Shown here one piece after another: positions 19,253 through 29,104 of a stretch of 51,083 nt of DNA. Positions within the stretch are counted from its first letter, which is position 1. Every line of letters begins with the position of its first letter. The stretch covers positions 1-51,083 of the forward strand of contig JANWZB010000006.1 in assembly GCA_025055035.1 (NCBI GenBank), read 5' to 3'. The notes under the pieces were generated by a model. That model had not been told where the DNA came from. It searched no databases and was given only the letters and a program-made list of their open reading frames with translations. The position numbers were made by a program, and so were the translations under genes. This DNA is from Candidatus Kapaibacterium sp. (GTDB lineage Bacteria > Bacteroidota > Ignavibacteria > Kapaibacteriales > UBA4661).

Positions 19253-19513
19253 AAGACGTGTAGGGTAGAAGAGAGTGAGGAAGGACAGAGGAATGGTGTG
19301 GGATAATCTAGAGAATTTTTTACACTTGTGCAAAAGACTGCGCAAGAAACTACATGTACGACGACAGCGTCGAGGTAGACCTATCGCTCATTTTCTTGTG
19401 CAGAATTGCAATTCACTGTATTTTAAGGGCAAAAATGATAGCTTCCCAATATTAAGTTGCTGTCATGCCATTCACATCAAGCGGTATTGTGTGAAATAGC
19501 ATACTGCACTTGT

Positions 19514-22336
19514 ATGTCTCTACGTGAACAACCATCGCTGACCGAGTTAGGTACGCCGTCGCAGAACGACCTCTCACGACGTATTCTTTCTGGTGAAGCT
19601 GATATAATTGAGGAACATCTACGCACCGCACCAGAATACGTTCTTCATGAGCTTCAACGAGAGGAAGAGCACGAACGTCGCGGTAAACTTAAAATTTTTC
19701 TTGGCATGTGTGATGGTGTCGGTAAGACATATGCTATGCTCCATGAAGCACAAGAGCGACAACACGAAGGTAAAACTGTTGTTATAGGATATATTGAGCC
19801 GCACAATCAACCTGAAGTACTAGCACTTGCAGCACATCTAGATTCTGTTCCACTACGGCAGTTGCACGACAATGGGGCTTCAGAAATAGATATTGATGCT
19901 GTTATTGCAAAGAATCCTGACATCGTCATTATAGACAATCTCGCCCACCAAAATGCTACAGGGGCTCGACACACACACCGCTATGAAGATGTTCGTGAGC
20001 TCTTGGATCACGGTATCAATGTTTTTACAACGCTCAACGTCGGAAACCTCGAAAGCCGTGTTGATACTGTTCGTCAAATCACTGGGGTCAATATTACTGA
20101 TACTGTTCCAGATTCTTTGCTTGAAGAGGCTGAAGAAGTAGAGCTTATTGATATCGCGCCCGATGAATTACTAAAGCGCCTTGCTGAAGGAAAAATTGCC
20201 TCAATTTCTGACCCTGAGGCGATTATGCATGCTGCAAACACCTGCTTTCGCAAGGAGAGTCTCATGGCATTGCGCGAGATGGCACTGCGTCTTGCGTCGG
20301 AGCGTGCAGACCAAGAACTGCGCGATTACATAGAAGAGCAATATATTGCTGAAACATGGAAATCGGGCGAGCGCTTGTTGGTTGCAGTTGGTCCTAGTCC
20401 GTATTCTCAAGCCTTAGTTCGTTGGACACGGCGTCTTGCGTATTCTATGGATGCACCATGGATTGCTGTGAGCGTCGAAACATCGGCGATACTGAGCGAT
20501 GAAGCACGACAGCGGCTATCAGACAACTTAACACTTGCTCGTGAACTTGGTGCAGAAATCATTTCTACTGTTGATGATGATCTCGTCAGCGGCATTATTC
20601 GTGTTGCAAAGCAGTATAACGTCTCACAAATTATTGTTGGCAAACCGTTTACTGGAGAAACCTCATGGTGGCAGCGCTGCACGCGGCTTTTCCGTCGCTC
20701 GTCAAAAACGTTTATTGACCGGCTTATCGAAGAGAGTGGAACAATTGACGTGTATGTAATTCGTGTCGAAGAAGGAACCCCAGAGCAGCGGAGCACAGCA
20801 GCAAGTGAAGTCATGCAGGTACGCTCTACACCAAAAGAGTATGGCATTGCACTGACTACTGCAATCAGCGTTGCTATGCTTGCCTCGTTCCTAACGCAGT
20901 TTGTTGGGTATCAGAGTAATGGTATGATACTACTGTTCACAACAACACTTCTTGCCTTATATGTAGGGCGCGGACCTGTTTTATTAGCAGGATTTGTTAG
21001 TGGCTTATTGTGGAATTTTCTGTACATACCACCGCAGTACTCATTTGCCATTGAATCTACGACCGATGGTATCATGTTCGGTATGTACTTTGTTATTTCT
21101 ATCGTCACAGCAATCCTGACAAACCGCGTCAAAACACAAGAGCGTGCTGTGCGATACCGTGAAGAGCGAACTACAGCACTATACCACCTAGCCAAAGAGC
21201 TTGCGGCAGCAGGCACAGACGACGAAGTACTCAAGCGATCAACTGTGCACATTGCCACGACATTCGTGGCTGATGTTGTTTGGTTTGTACAGCATGATGG
21301 AGAATTATTAGACAATGTGCTGCACGCAGCAAGCACAGTACAACTTGAGGAAGACATACAAGACAAAGAGTATACAAATGCTGCATGGGTATTTAGTAAT
21401 CAGAAACCTGCTGGGCGCTTTACATCGACGCTCTCTCACTCTGAGTTCTACTTCACGCCCTTATCGTCTGCACGCGAGCGCTTTGGGGTGCTTGGAGTAC
21501 GACCTCGAGCGTCAATATTTACTCTCGACCAGAAAACGCTACTAGAGAACTTTGTAAGCCAAATTGCGTCTGCACTAGAACGTGAAATGCTCAACGAAGA
21601 AGCGCAGCGTCAACATCTAAGCGAAGAGGCAGAGCGCTTGCATACAACCTTATTGAACTCGATTGCGTATGATATTCGACATCCACTTGCAGAAATAAGC
21701 CTTGCTGCGTCGGGACTTGCCGATGACGATATTGCTGAAGACAGGGATGCACGCTTGCGCCTTGCTGAAACACTGCGAAGATCCTCTGCGCGATTAACTC
21801 ATCTCGTAGAAAACTTACTAGATATAACACGGATTGATGCACATGATATTTCTCTGCACAAGGAATTGTGTGATGTAAGCGACCTTGTGAGCGTTGTTAC
21901 AGCACGCTTGCGCCGCGAACTATTCGATCATATCGTCAATATTGAAATTCCAAGTGATTTTCCCCTTGTAGAGATGGATTTTGTGCTAATGGAACAAGCA
22001 CTCGTGAATGTTGTAAAAAGCACTGTACAGTATTCTCCAGAAGAAACACCGATAAAAATTGCTGTTTCTCGTCAACCCTACTCAGGTAAGATGAAAGGTG
22101 TGCGCGAGGAAATGCGCCTTGTTATTGCTGGTGGCGGACCGAGCCTACCAAGCGATGCACTCGGGCATATTTTTGATAAGTTCTATCGTGTCGCAAATAC
22201 AGCCCGTCATCAAGCAAATCTTGGCCTTGCAGTGGCAAAGGGCATTATTGATGCACACAATGGAACAATCGTAGCAGAGAACAGGAAACAAGGTGGACTA
22301 AAGTTTATCATTACTTTACCGATATATGCTGCATAG
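19514..22336 (+). CDS. kdpD: KdpD-architecture sensor (KdpD, USP, 4-TM, GAF, HisKA/HATPase) with degenerate kinase motifs
   Basis: GKLKIFLG..GVGKTYAML, LMALREMALR, USP ERLLVAVGPSP, four TMs, GAF. H/N/G boxes are altered (see findings). Confidence 0.85.
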   Translation: MSLREQPSLTELGTPSQNDLSRRILSGEADIIEEHLRTAPEYVLHELQREEEHERRGKLKIFLGMCDGVGKTYAMLHEAQERQHEGKTVVIGYIEPHNQPEVLALAAHLDSVPLRQLHDNGASEIDIDAVIAKNPDIVIIDNLAHQNATGARHTHRYEDVRELLDHGINVFTTLNVGNLESRVDTVRQITGVNITDTVPDSLLEEAEEVELIDIAPDELLKRLAEGKIASISDPEAIMHAANTCFRKESLMALREMALRLASERADQELRDYIEEQYIAETWKSGERLLVAVGPSPYSQALVRWTRRLAYSMDAPWIAVSVETSAILSDEARQRLSDNLTLARELGAEIISTVDDDLVSGIIRVAKQYNVSQIIVGKPFTGETSWWQRCTRLFRRSSKTFIDRLIEESGTIDVYVIRVEEGTPEQRSTAASEVMQVRSTPKEYGIALTTAISVAMLASFLTQFVGYQSNGMILLFTTTLLALYVGRGPVLLAGFVSGLLWNFLYIPPQYSFAIESTTDGIMFGMYFVISIVTAILTNRVKTQERAVRYREERTTALYHLAKELAAAGTDDEVLKRSTVHIATTFVADVVWFVQHDGELLDNVLHAASTVQLEEDIQDKEYTNAAWVFSNQKPAGRFTSTLSHSEFYFTPLSSARERFGVLGVRPRASIFTLDQKTLLENFVSQIASALEREMLNEEAQRQHLSEEAERLHTTLLNSIAYDIRHPLAEISLAASGLADDDIAEDRDARLRLAETLRRSSARLTHLVENLLDITRIDAHDISLHKELCDVSDLVSVVTARLRRELFDHIVNIEIPSDFPLVEMDFVLMEQALVNVVKSTVQYSPEETPIKIAVSRQPYSGKMKGVREEMRLVIAGGGPSLPSDALGHIFDKFYRVANTARHQANLGLAVAKGIIDAHNGTIVAENRKQGGLKFIITLPIYAA

Positions 22337-22587
22337 TTATTGAAGCTTATTGTTGAGTGTAAAGAGCATATATAGCTGTTATTGCAAAATTACAAAAACA
22401 CAAAAGCAAGACAAAAAAAACAACCAAAACAGTACTACACAAATAACCACATTCTCTGAAACCTGAAAAAAGTTGCAGCAAAGAAAAGTTTTTGCGTAAT
22501 TTACTCTTTGTAAGTTTAAAGTTCACCCTCACCGCACTGACTTTTACTTTTACTGTTCCTGTTCATACCTTTTGCACACAGAGCATT

Positions 22588-23268
22588 ATGATAAAACGCA
22601 CACGAGTTCAAGAGTGGAGCAACGGCATCTTACTTCTAGGGCGCTTTGAATGGTTTGGAACAGGTTGCTGGTTACTTCATCATAACGGTATTGGAGCTAT
22701 TCTAGAGCTTCCTCCATACAATCCCAACCATCAGGAATCACCGGCAACAAAGGCATATAACGTATGCCGCAAGCGAGCCATTCATGTTAAATACATCCTC
22801 TGCACTCATGCACACACCGACCATTTTAGCATAACAACAGCCCGCGATATGCACATTGCATTTCCTCATGCTCAATTCCTATTGCAACGAGGATTCGAAC
22901 ATCTTACCCACGAGCTGACTAACGTACAACTTTTTGACCACGAATGCACAGTATACCTGGAAACTGAACCACTATATCTGATTCACGCACCGAAACACAG
23001 CTGGACAGACACACATGTTATCTTCAAAGGAACAGCCATAACGGGAGACTGGGAACTAAACACGCTTCGCTCAGTACACGACAACAAACCTCAACATGCT
23101 GTCTCAACAGAAGTAAAACTTGCTTCTATCGAGAAAATGGCACGCTTCGAGCATGAATATCGCTACCATATCCATAAAGTTTTTTCAGCCCATGCGAATG
23201 ACCGGCGCGAACAGGTGAATTTTACTGCATTGATGCACGACACAAAAATTGATAGAGCAAGCTTCTAG
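22588..23268 (+). CDS. Metallo-beta-lactamase-fold hydrolase
   Basis: THAHTDH (HxHxDH), PKHS, TGD, SAH. Confidence 0.75.
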   Translation: MIKRTRVQEWSNGILLLGRFEWFGTGCWLLHHNGIGAILELPPYNPNHQESPATKAYNVCRKRAIHVKYILCTHAHTDHFSITTARDMHIAFPHAQFLLQRGFEHLTHELTNVQLFDHECTVYLETEPLYLIHAPKHSWTDTHVIFKGTAITGDWELNTLRSVHDNKPQHAVSTEVKLASIEKMARFEHEYRYHIHKVFSAHANDRREQVNFTALMHDTKIDRASF

Positions 23269-23336
23269 GTAGAAAAACCTCCGCAGCAATATGTAGCCAA
23301 TAATCTCAGCGCGGCGCTTCTCACTCTACAACCTCC

Positions 23337-24332
23337 ATGAAATCTATTATTGTACTTGGCTGTGGCATTGCTGGTTTATCGTGCGCGGTAGCCCTGCAAG
23401 ATGCAGGGTTTTGCAGCATCCGAATTCTTGCTCGTGAGCTTCCTCCTTATACGACTTCTGATGTTGCTGGTGGACTTTGGTTTCCCTACAAAGCTGAGCC
23501 AATGCACCGAATTCTCGCGTGGTCTAAAGTGACATTTCAAGAAATGATGCGCCTACGAAACGTTCCAGAAGCAGGAATTACTATGACACGCTTCTTCCAG
23601 CTATTTCCCAAACAACTCTATCGCGATGCATGGTGGAGTGGGGCAGTTGAAGTCTATCGAGTACTAACGGAAGCTGAGATCGCTGCTGAGTTTCCCAACC
23701 TACCGAAAGGACAGTTCCCGAGCGGATTTTACGCTGAAGTACCGATTGCTGAGCCACACAAACACTTACCTTATCTGATGCAGCGCTTCCGCGCGCGGGG
23801 TGGTACCATCGAACATGCACACATTCATTCTCTTGAAGAAGTCGCTGAGCCTCATACAATCGTCATTAACTGCACAGGATTACAAGCAAAGTATCTTGTC
23901 GGAGACGACAACGTGTTCCCTATACGTGGTCAAATTATGGTTGTCAAGAATACTGGTATTAACCGCTCGATTACCATCGAGTCAAATGACGAGCGTAGTG
24001 AATATGCAACGTACACCATTGCGCGGTCAGAAGATGTGATCATGGGTGGTGTGGCTATGGAAAACAACTGGGAAACAAGCATCGATGAAGCTACAATACA
24101 GGGTATTATCGCGCGGTGTGCGTCGGTAGAGCCAGCACTTGCCCAACCAATCATTCTGCAGCATAAAGCAGGATTGCGACCCGGTCGTACAGAAGTACGT
24201 CTGGAAGCTGAAACTCTCAGCAACGGTGCTACAGTTATCCATAACTACGGGCATGGTGGCTCGGGATATACGGTCAATTGGGGCTGCGCTCATGAAGTTG
24301 TTCACCTTGTTCGTGTAGCTTGTTCATCATAA
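23337..24332 (+). CDS. D-amino-acid oxidase (FAD-dependent, DAO family)
   Basis: GCGIAG, TTSDVAGGLW, VINCTG, PIRGQ, GLRPGR, DAO signature VIHNYGHGGSGYTVNWGCA. Confidence 0.88.
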   Translation: MKSIIVLGCGIAGLSCAVALQDAGFCSIRILARELPPYTTSDVAGGLWFPYKAEPMHRILAWSKVTFQEMMRLRNVPEAGITMTRFFQLFPKQLYRDAWWSGAVEVYRVLTEAEIAAEFPNLPKGQFPSGFYAEVPIAEPHKHLPYLMQRFRARGGTIEHAHIHSLEEVAEPHTIVINCTGLQAKYLVGDDNVFPIRGQIMVVKNTGINRSITIESNDERSEYATYTIARSEDVIMGGVAMENNWETSIDEATIQGIIARCASVEPALAQPIILQHKAGLRPGRTEVRLEAETLSNGATVIHNYGHGGSGYTVNWGCAHEVVHLVRVACSS

Positions 24333-24355
24333 GCATCAATTTATCACAACCTAGT

Positions 24356-25861
24356 ATGAACTGTCCCACGCTGTTACGCGTTGTTTACTCCGTTATTCGC
24401 CAATGCATTCCTATACTACTATGCGGAATAGCAGCACAGAGCTGTTCTACACTGCAACAGCACGCTTCGGCACACACTGAGTCTTCAGGCACAGTTTCGT
24501 CGGACAATGCCGCGAAAGCACGCAGAATTATGCGTGAAGCGGGATTACACTTTTCTAGTGACACAACCAAAGCATATAGCTACGATCCTCCCGGTTCGCT
24601 TGTTACAACCAACAAGCAAATAGAACTACCCAAACGCCGTGTCATACTGTTCAGCAAGGCAGGAGTTGGCTTTAGTACAGACTTCGACGGAGCACGCCTT
24701 AACGATGTAGTGATGCTTAACGATTCAACATTTCGTGCTACTGTTGCTCCAGAAAACGCTCCAATCAATTTTTCAGCATGGTACGCATTTAAAGTTTGGA
24801 GTACAATTCCTTCCAAGATTATTCGCCTGACGCTAACTTATACCGAAGCTCATCATCGCTATATTCCCAAGCTCTCCCGTACGCCAAGCGCTGACTGGCG
24901 CTCATGGCGTCCGATTGATTCTACCTCGTATATACCTCATTACGATAGCACAGGACGCACGATAACATCAGCGACTTTGCGTCTTGCTCTCACACCTGAT
25001 ACACTGTGGGTATCAGCACAAGAGCTTTTCACATCACGAGATTTCGAGGTGTGGAGTACTAGGCTTGCAGCACTACCATTTGTTCAAAAGACGGTGCTTG
25101 GTAAATCTGCTCTTGGCAAACCAATTATTCGCCTCGATATTTCAGAAGCTCGTCCTGATGCCCCTTGTGTAGTTGTAATTAGCCGCCAGCACCCACCCGA
25201 ACACACAGGCACACTAGCATTGCTACCATTTGTCGAAGAGTTTACGAGCCAGACACCTCTTGCACAGGAATTTCGAAAAAAATTTCGTGTCTTTGTCGTA
25301 CCGTGCGTAAATCCCGATGGTGTCGACGCCGGACACTGGAGGCATAATGCTCACGGCGTTGATTTGAATCGCGATTGGTACAACTTTAACCAACCCGAAA
25401 CGCGTCTTGTACGCGACGCTCTTCTACACATGCGGGATTCACTCAAAACACGCTTTGTCTTTGGTGTTGATTTTCATACTACACAGCACGATATCTTTTA
25501 CACGCTCAGCAATCCTCCTCTCGTAACAGCTCAAGACAGTATTGCATATGCCACTATTCCTGAATATTCAACGTACAACACCGAAGCAGCTCAACGCAGT
25601 GCATTTGTGGAGCAATGGTTAGAACGCTTACAGGAGCTTTTCCCAACGTACCAAGTAACAATTTCTGACTCACCCCGCACGCCTCATGGCGCAACATCAG
25701 GACGCTGGTTCGACCGCGAGCTTCGTGCTCCTGCTGTAACCTACGAAGCAGGAGACGAAACACCTCGTGAGCTTATTCAAAGCATCGGTGCTGCTAGCGC
25801 ACGTATCTTAATGCAGATGCTCCTAGACCGTGAAAAGACCATCAACCGCTCACAAGAATAG
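24356..25861 (+). CDS. M14 zinc carboxypeptidase (CCP-like), probable lipoprotein
   Basis: RQHPPE (HxxE), VPCVNPDG, GHWRHN, DLNRDW, VDFH, TYE. Lipobox-like AAQSC. Confidence 0.82.
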   Translation: MNCPTLLRVVYSVIRQCIPILLCGIAAQSCSTLQQHASAHTESSGTVSSDNAAKARRIMREAGLHFSSDTTKAYSYDPPGSLVTTNKQIELPKRRVILFSKAGVGFSTDFDGARLNDVVMLNDSTFRATVAPENAPINFSAWYAFKVWSTIPSKIIRLTLTYTEAHHRYIPKLSRTPSADWRSWRPIDSTSYIPHYDSTGRTITSATLRLALTPDTLWVSAQELFTSRDFEVWSTRLAALPFVQKTVLGKSALGKPIIRLDISEARPDAPCVVVISRQHPPEHTGTLALLPFVEEFTSQTPLAQEFRKKFRVFVVPCVNPDGVDAGHWRHNAHGVDLNRDWYNFNQPETRLVRDALLHMRDSLKTRFVFGVDFHTTQHDIFYTLSNPPLVTAQDSIAYATIPEYSTYNTEAAQRSAFVEQWLERLQELFPTYQVTISDSPRTPHGATSGRWFDRELRAPAVTYEAGDETPRELIQSIGAASARILMQMLLDREKTINRSQE

Positions 25862-25988
25862 CATAATTCGATACGCCAACGTTCCACAAACAGAAATATA
25901 GTAAGTTTCATCACGCTACAGGGTATCATTATGCCCAAAAAGTTTCCTCTTCCTTTCATCACATCTATTTACATGAGGTTATTGCATC

Positions 25989-28900
25989 ATGAAATACGCA
26001 CAACTTTGCTGCATCCGCTCACTCCTGAAACGCGTGTCACTAGGCGTACTTGTGTGCATTGTATTTCAGGCAGCACCAAGTATCCTCGCTCAAACCAAGC
26101 TGTACAAGCTTTCTGGTGTTGTCAAGGATACGAAAGGCGTTCTTCGAGGCATTGTCGTTCGGATTGACAAAACGAACGCTGGCGGTGTTTCTGACCTGCA
26201 AGGCAACTATACTATCAGTGCGACTCTTGCTCCAGGGCGATACACCGTTGTTGTTTCGGCAATCAACTACAAGCAATTTCGCCGTCAACTAGTCTTTGGT
26301 GAAGAAACAGCGTTATCACTCGACATTACGTTAGAGGAAGACGTAACGCGCATGGACGAGGTTGTGGTTACTGGCACATCGGTAGCATCAAGCCGCAAAA
26401 CACTTGGAAATTCGATCGGCGCAGTAAATGCAAAAGATGTTCAGCTTACAGGAGCAAATGCTATTGATGCCGCGATGACAGGGAAAATAGCAGGTGTGCA
26501 AATTCAACAAAATTCAGGCAATCCCGCTGGGGGTGTTTCGGTGCGCCTTCGTGGCACGAACACCTTTTCGGGTAGTGCAGACCCGCTATATATCGTCGAT
26601 GGTGTACTCATCAATAATGACTCACGCGAGCTTGTGGACTTAGGAGGATATGCTCAAAATCGTCTTGTGGATATCAATCCGAATGATATTGAGCGTATAG
26701 AGATTCTCAAAGGTGCAGCTGCAGCAGCTATTTACGGAGCACGCGCAAATAATGGTGTTGTGCAAATCTTCACTAAGCGTGGCTCATCGGGTGTACCAAC
26801 CGTAACATTCTCGACACGCGTCAATACTGATGAGTTGCGGCAAAAAATCGCATGGAATCAAGAACCACGCCGCGTTATCAATAACCAAATCGTTACCCAA
26901 AATCCCGATGGTACACCCATTCGCCGTTATGACCTTCAGGACATGATTTTTCGCCGTGCGTGGGGCACAGACAATTATCTTTCGGTTGCTGGAGGCTCGC
27001 AGGGTACAAAATATTTCTTCTCGGGCAACTACACCGGTAATCAGGGAATCATCAACGGGTCAGATTTTACGCGAACAGGCACACGTATGCGCATTGAGCA
27101 AGTAATGAATGAGAATCTTACCGTGAGCGTCGGTGTCAACTACGCGTATAGTGCCAGCCGTGAACTTCCAAATGGCGGTCTCAACAATGCGTACGGAGCG
27201 CTCACAGGATTTATCTTTGCGCAGAACTGGATTGACCCGCGCCCCGTCGATGGCGTCTATCCACAGCTTAGCGGCTTAGCGGCTGTTCCACGCACTAATC
27301 CCCTCGAGGCAATAGAACGCTTCGTATTTACGCAAAACACCAGTCGTATTATCGGCGACGCTCAGCTTAATTATACACCACTTCCAGGACTAAACATTAC
27401 CTATATCTTTGGCATCGACACCTATACACAAACAGCAACAGGCTTTATCCCGCGCAACACTACTGCTCCAAGTTATCCACTTGGCTGGTCGCGCAAGAGC
27501 GTATACAATGTTTTGCAAACCAACAACGACCTCACCATAAGCTACAGGACAGATCTTAGCGAAAATCTCACTTCCACAACGCTGATTGGTGGAACAATGC
27601 AGTACGAACGCCGCGAGCAGCTTACAGGCGAATCACAAGTCCTTGCTCCCGTAAGCCAAGCTGCATCAAGTGGCGCACAAGGCATCGCTATTGGTGACAA
27701 CCGTGAGCAGCTTGCTCTGTATGGGGCATTCGTTCAGCAGTCCTTCGACATCAACAACATGCTCTTCCTCACAGGAGCGATACGGATGGATGCATCGTCT
27801 GTATTTGCTCCAGAAAGCCGCTTTCAATTCTTTCCTAAAGCCAGCGGGTCGTTTCTTATCTCTGAACTTTGGAAGGAATCAGACTTAGCAATGCTTCTAC
27901 CGGTTGCCAAATTGCGTGCTGCATGGGGGCAGTCGGGAGGTCTGACAGCAATTGGGCCCTTTACTCGCTTTACAAACTATGCACCAACGAACTTTGCAGG
28001 GCTATCAGGATTGATTCCTTCTACAGTACTTGGCTCTGTTGGGGTTCGTCCTGAGCGTCAAACCGAACTCGAGGTTGGCACTGACCTCGCACTTGTCAAC
28101 AATCGACTTGGTTTTGAATTCTCGTGGTACAACAAAGTAACAACTGACCTATTGCTAACACGCACACTTGCCCCGACAACGGGCTTTAGTACGTTACTGG
28201 CAAATGTTGGGACACTGACTTCTACCGGCGTAGAGATCCTTATCCGTGCCGTGCCTGTCGACATAGAGGGATTTAAGTGGACGGTTACTGGTATCTACAA
28301 CCAAAACCGTAGCATTATTGATGGTATTGAGGGAGGATTCCTGCAGATTGCTGATGGATTTGGTCAAGTTGCTGTTGTGAATGGGCGTCAGCTTGGTGTC
28401 TTCCGCACATTCTTTGGCGCACGTAACCCTGATGGTTCATATCTGCTCACACCGGCAGGCTTACCACAACGTGAGCGTGGCATTTCGAACCCTGACGGTA
28501 CAGCAACCCCTCTGCGGGATGCAAACGGACAACCACTTGCTAGTGCCCCGCAGGTGCAGAAGGTTGTTGGCGACCCTAACCCCGATTTCACTGCTTCTCT
28601 CATCAATGAATTCGTTATAGACAAGCTCTCGGTCCGCATTCAGATTGATGGTATGTATGGCCAAGACGTATTCAACTTCACTCGCCGTGTTGGAGCAAGC
28701 CCATTTTATGGTGGTCTTGCCGACTATGCACGAGAATTACGTGGGGAAGTGCCAATCGGATGGAATAATGCACTTTTTGCCCTTCTAGGTGATTGGGTTG
28801 AAGATGGCTCGTTTACGCGCTTGCGCGAAGTAGCAATATCATACGAACTCACACCGCAGGATTTTTTCAACATCCGCACACTCCGCATTACAGCAACAGG

Positions 28901-29045
28901 ACGAAATCTGTTTCTACTCACAAATTACTCTGGCTGGGACCCTGAGGTCAACACTGGTGGTCAGCGCACAGCTGTGCGTGGATTCGACTTCGTTGAAGTT
29001 CCGCTTCCACGTAGCATAGCACTTGGTCTCCAGCTCACGTTCTAA
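25989..29045 (+). CDS. SusC/RagA TonB-dependent outer-membrane transporter
   Basis: DEVVVTG, SGNPAGG..VRLRG, PLYIVDG, DINPNDIERIEILKGAAAAAIYGARANNGVVQIFTKRG, GDPNPDF, YSGWDPE, terminal F. Confidence 0.95.
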   Translation: MKYAQLCCIRSLLKRVSLGVLVCIVFQAAPSILAQTKLYKLSGVVKDTKGVLRGIVVRIDKTNAGGVSDLQGNYTISATLAPGRYTVVVSAINYKQFRRQLVFGEETALSLDITLEEDVTRMDEVVVTGTSVASSRKTLGNSIGAVNAKDVQLTGANAIDAAMTGKIAGVQIQQNSGNPAGGVSVRLRGTNTFSGSADPLYIVDGVLINNDSRELVDLGGYAQNRLVDINPNDIERIEILKGAAAAAIYGARANNGVVQIFTKRGSSGVPTVTFSTRVNTDELRQKIAWNQEPRRVINNQIVTQNPDGTPIRRYDLQDMIFRRAWGTDNYLSVAGGSQGTKYFFSGNYTGNQGIINGSDFTRTGTRMRIEQVMNENLTVSVGVNYAYSASRELPNGGLNNAYGALTGFIFAQNWIDPRPVDGVYPQLSGLAAVPRTNPLEAIERFVFTQNTSRIIGDAQLNYTPLPGLNITYIFGIDTYTQTATGFIPRNTTAPSYPLGWSRKSVYNVLQTNNDLTISYRTDLSENLTSTTLIGGTMQYERREQLTGESQVLAPVSQAASSGAQGIAIGDNREQLALYGAFVQQSFDINNMLFLTGAIRMDASSVFAPESRFQFFPKASGSFLISELWKESDLAMLLPVAKLRAAWGQSGGLTAIGPFTRFTNYAPTNFAGLSGLIPSTVLGSVGVRPERQTELEVGTDLALVNNRLGFEFSWYNKVTTDLLLTRTLAPTTGFSTLLANVGTLTSTGVEILIRAVPVDIEGFKWTVTGIYNQNRSIIDGIEGGFLQIADGFGQVAVVNGRQLGVFRTFFGARNPDGSYLLTPAGLPQRERGISNPDGTATPLRDANGQPLASAPQVQKVVGDPNPDFTASLINEFVIDKLSVRIQIDGMYGQDVFNFTRRVGASPFYGGLADYARELRGEVPIGWNNALFALLGDWVEDGSFTRLREVAISYELTPQDFFNIRTLRITATGRNLFLLTNYSGWDPEVNTGGQRTAVRGFDFVEVPLPRSIALGLQLTF

Positions 29046-29104
29046 CGCTGCACAGCGTATGTTCTTGCATTCACGACATTCTTCACTTTTTCCCGAATAT
29101 CACC

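Noticed and set aside
22489-22516. dif-like TTTTTGCGTAA-TTTACT-CTTTGTAAGTT near the first skew change
   Set aside because: Only 7/11 to the XerD-type arm in very AT-rich DNA; much weaker than 40344-40371.
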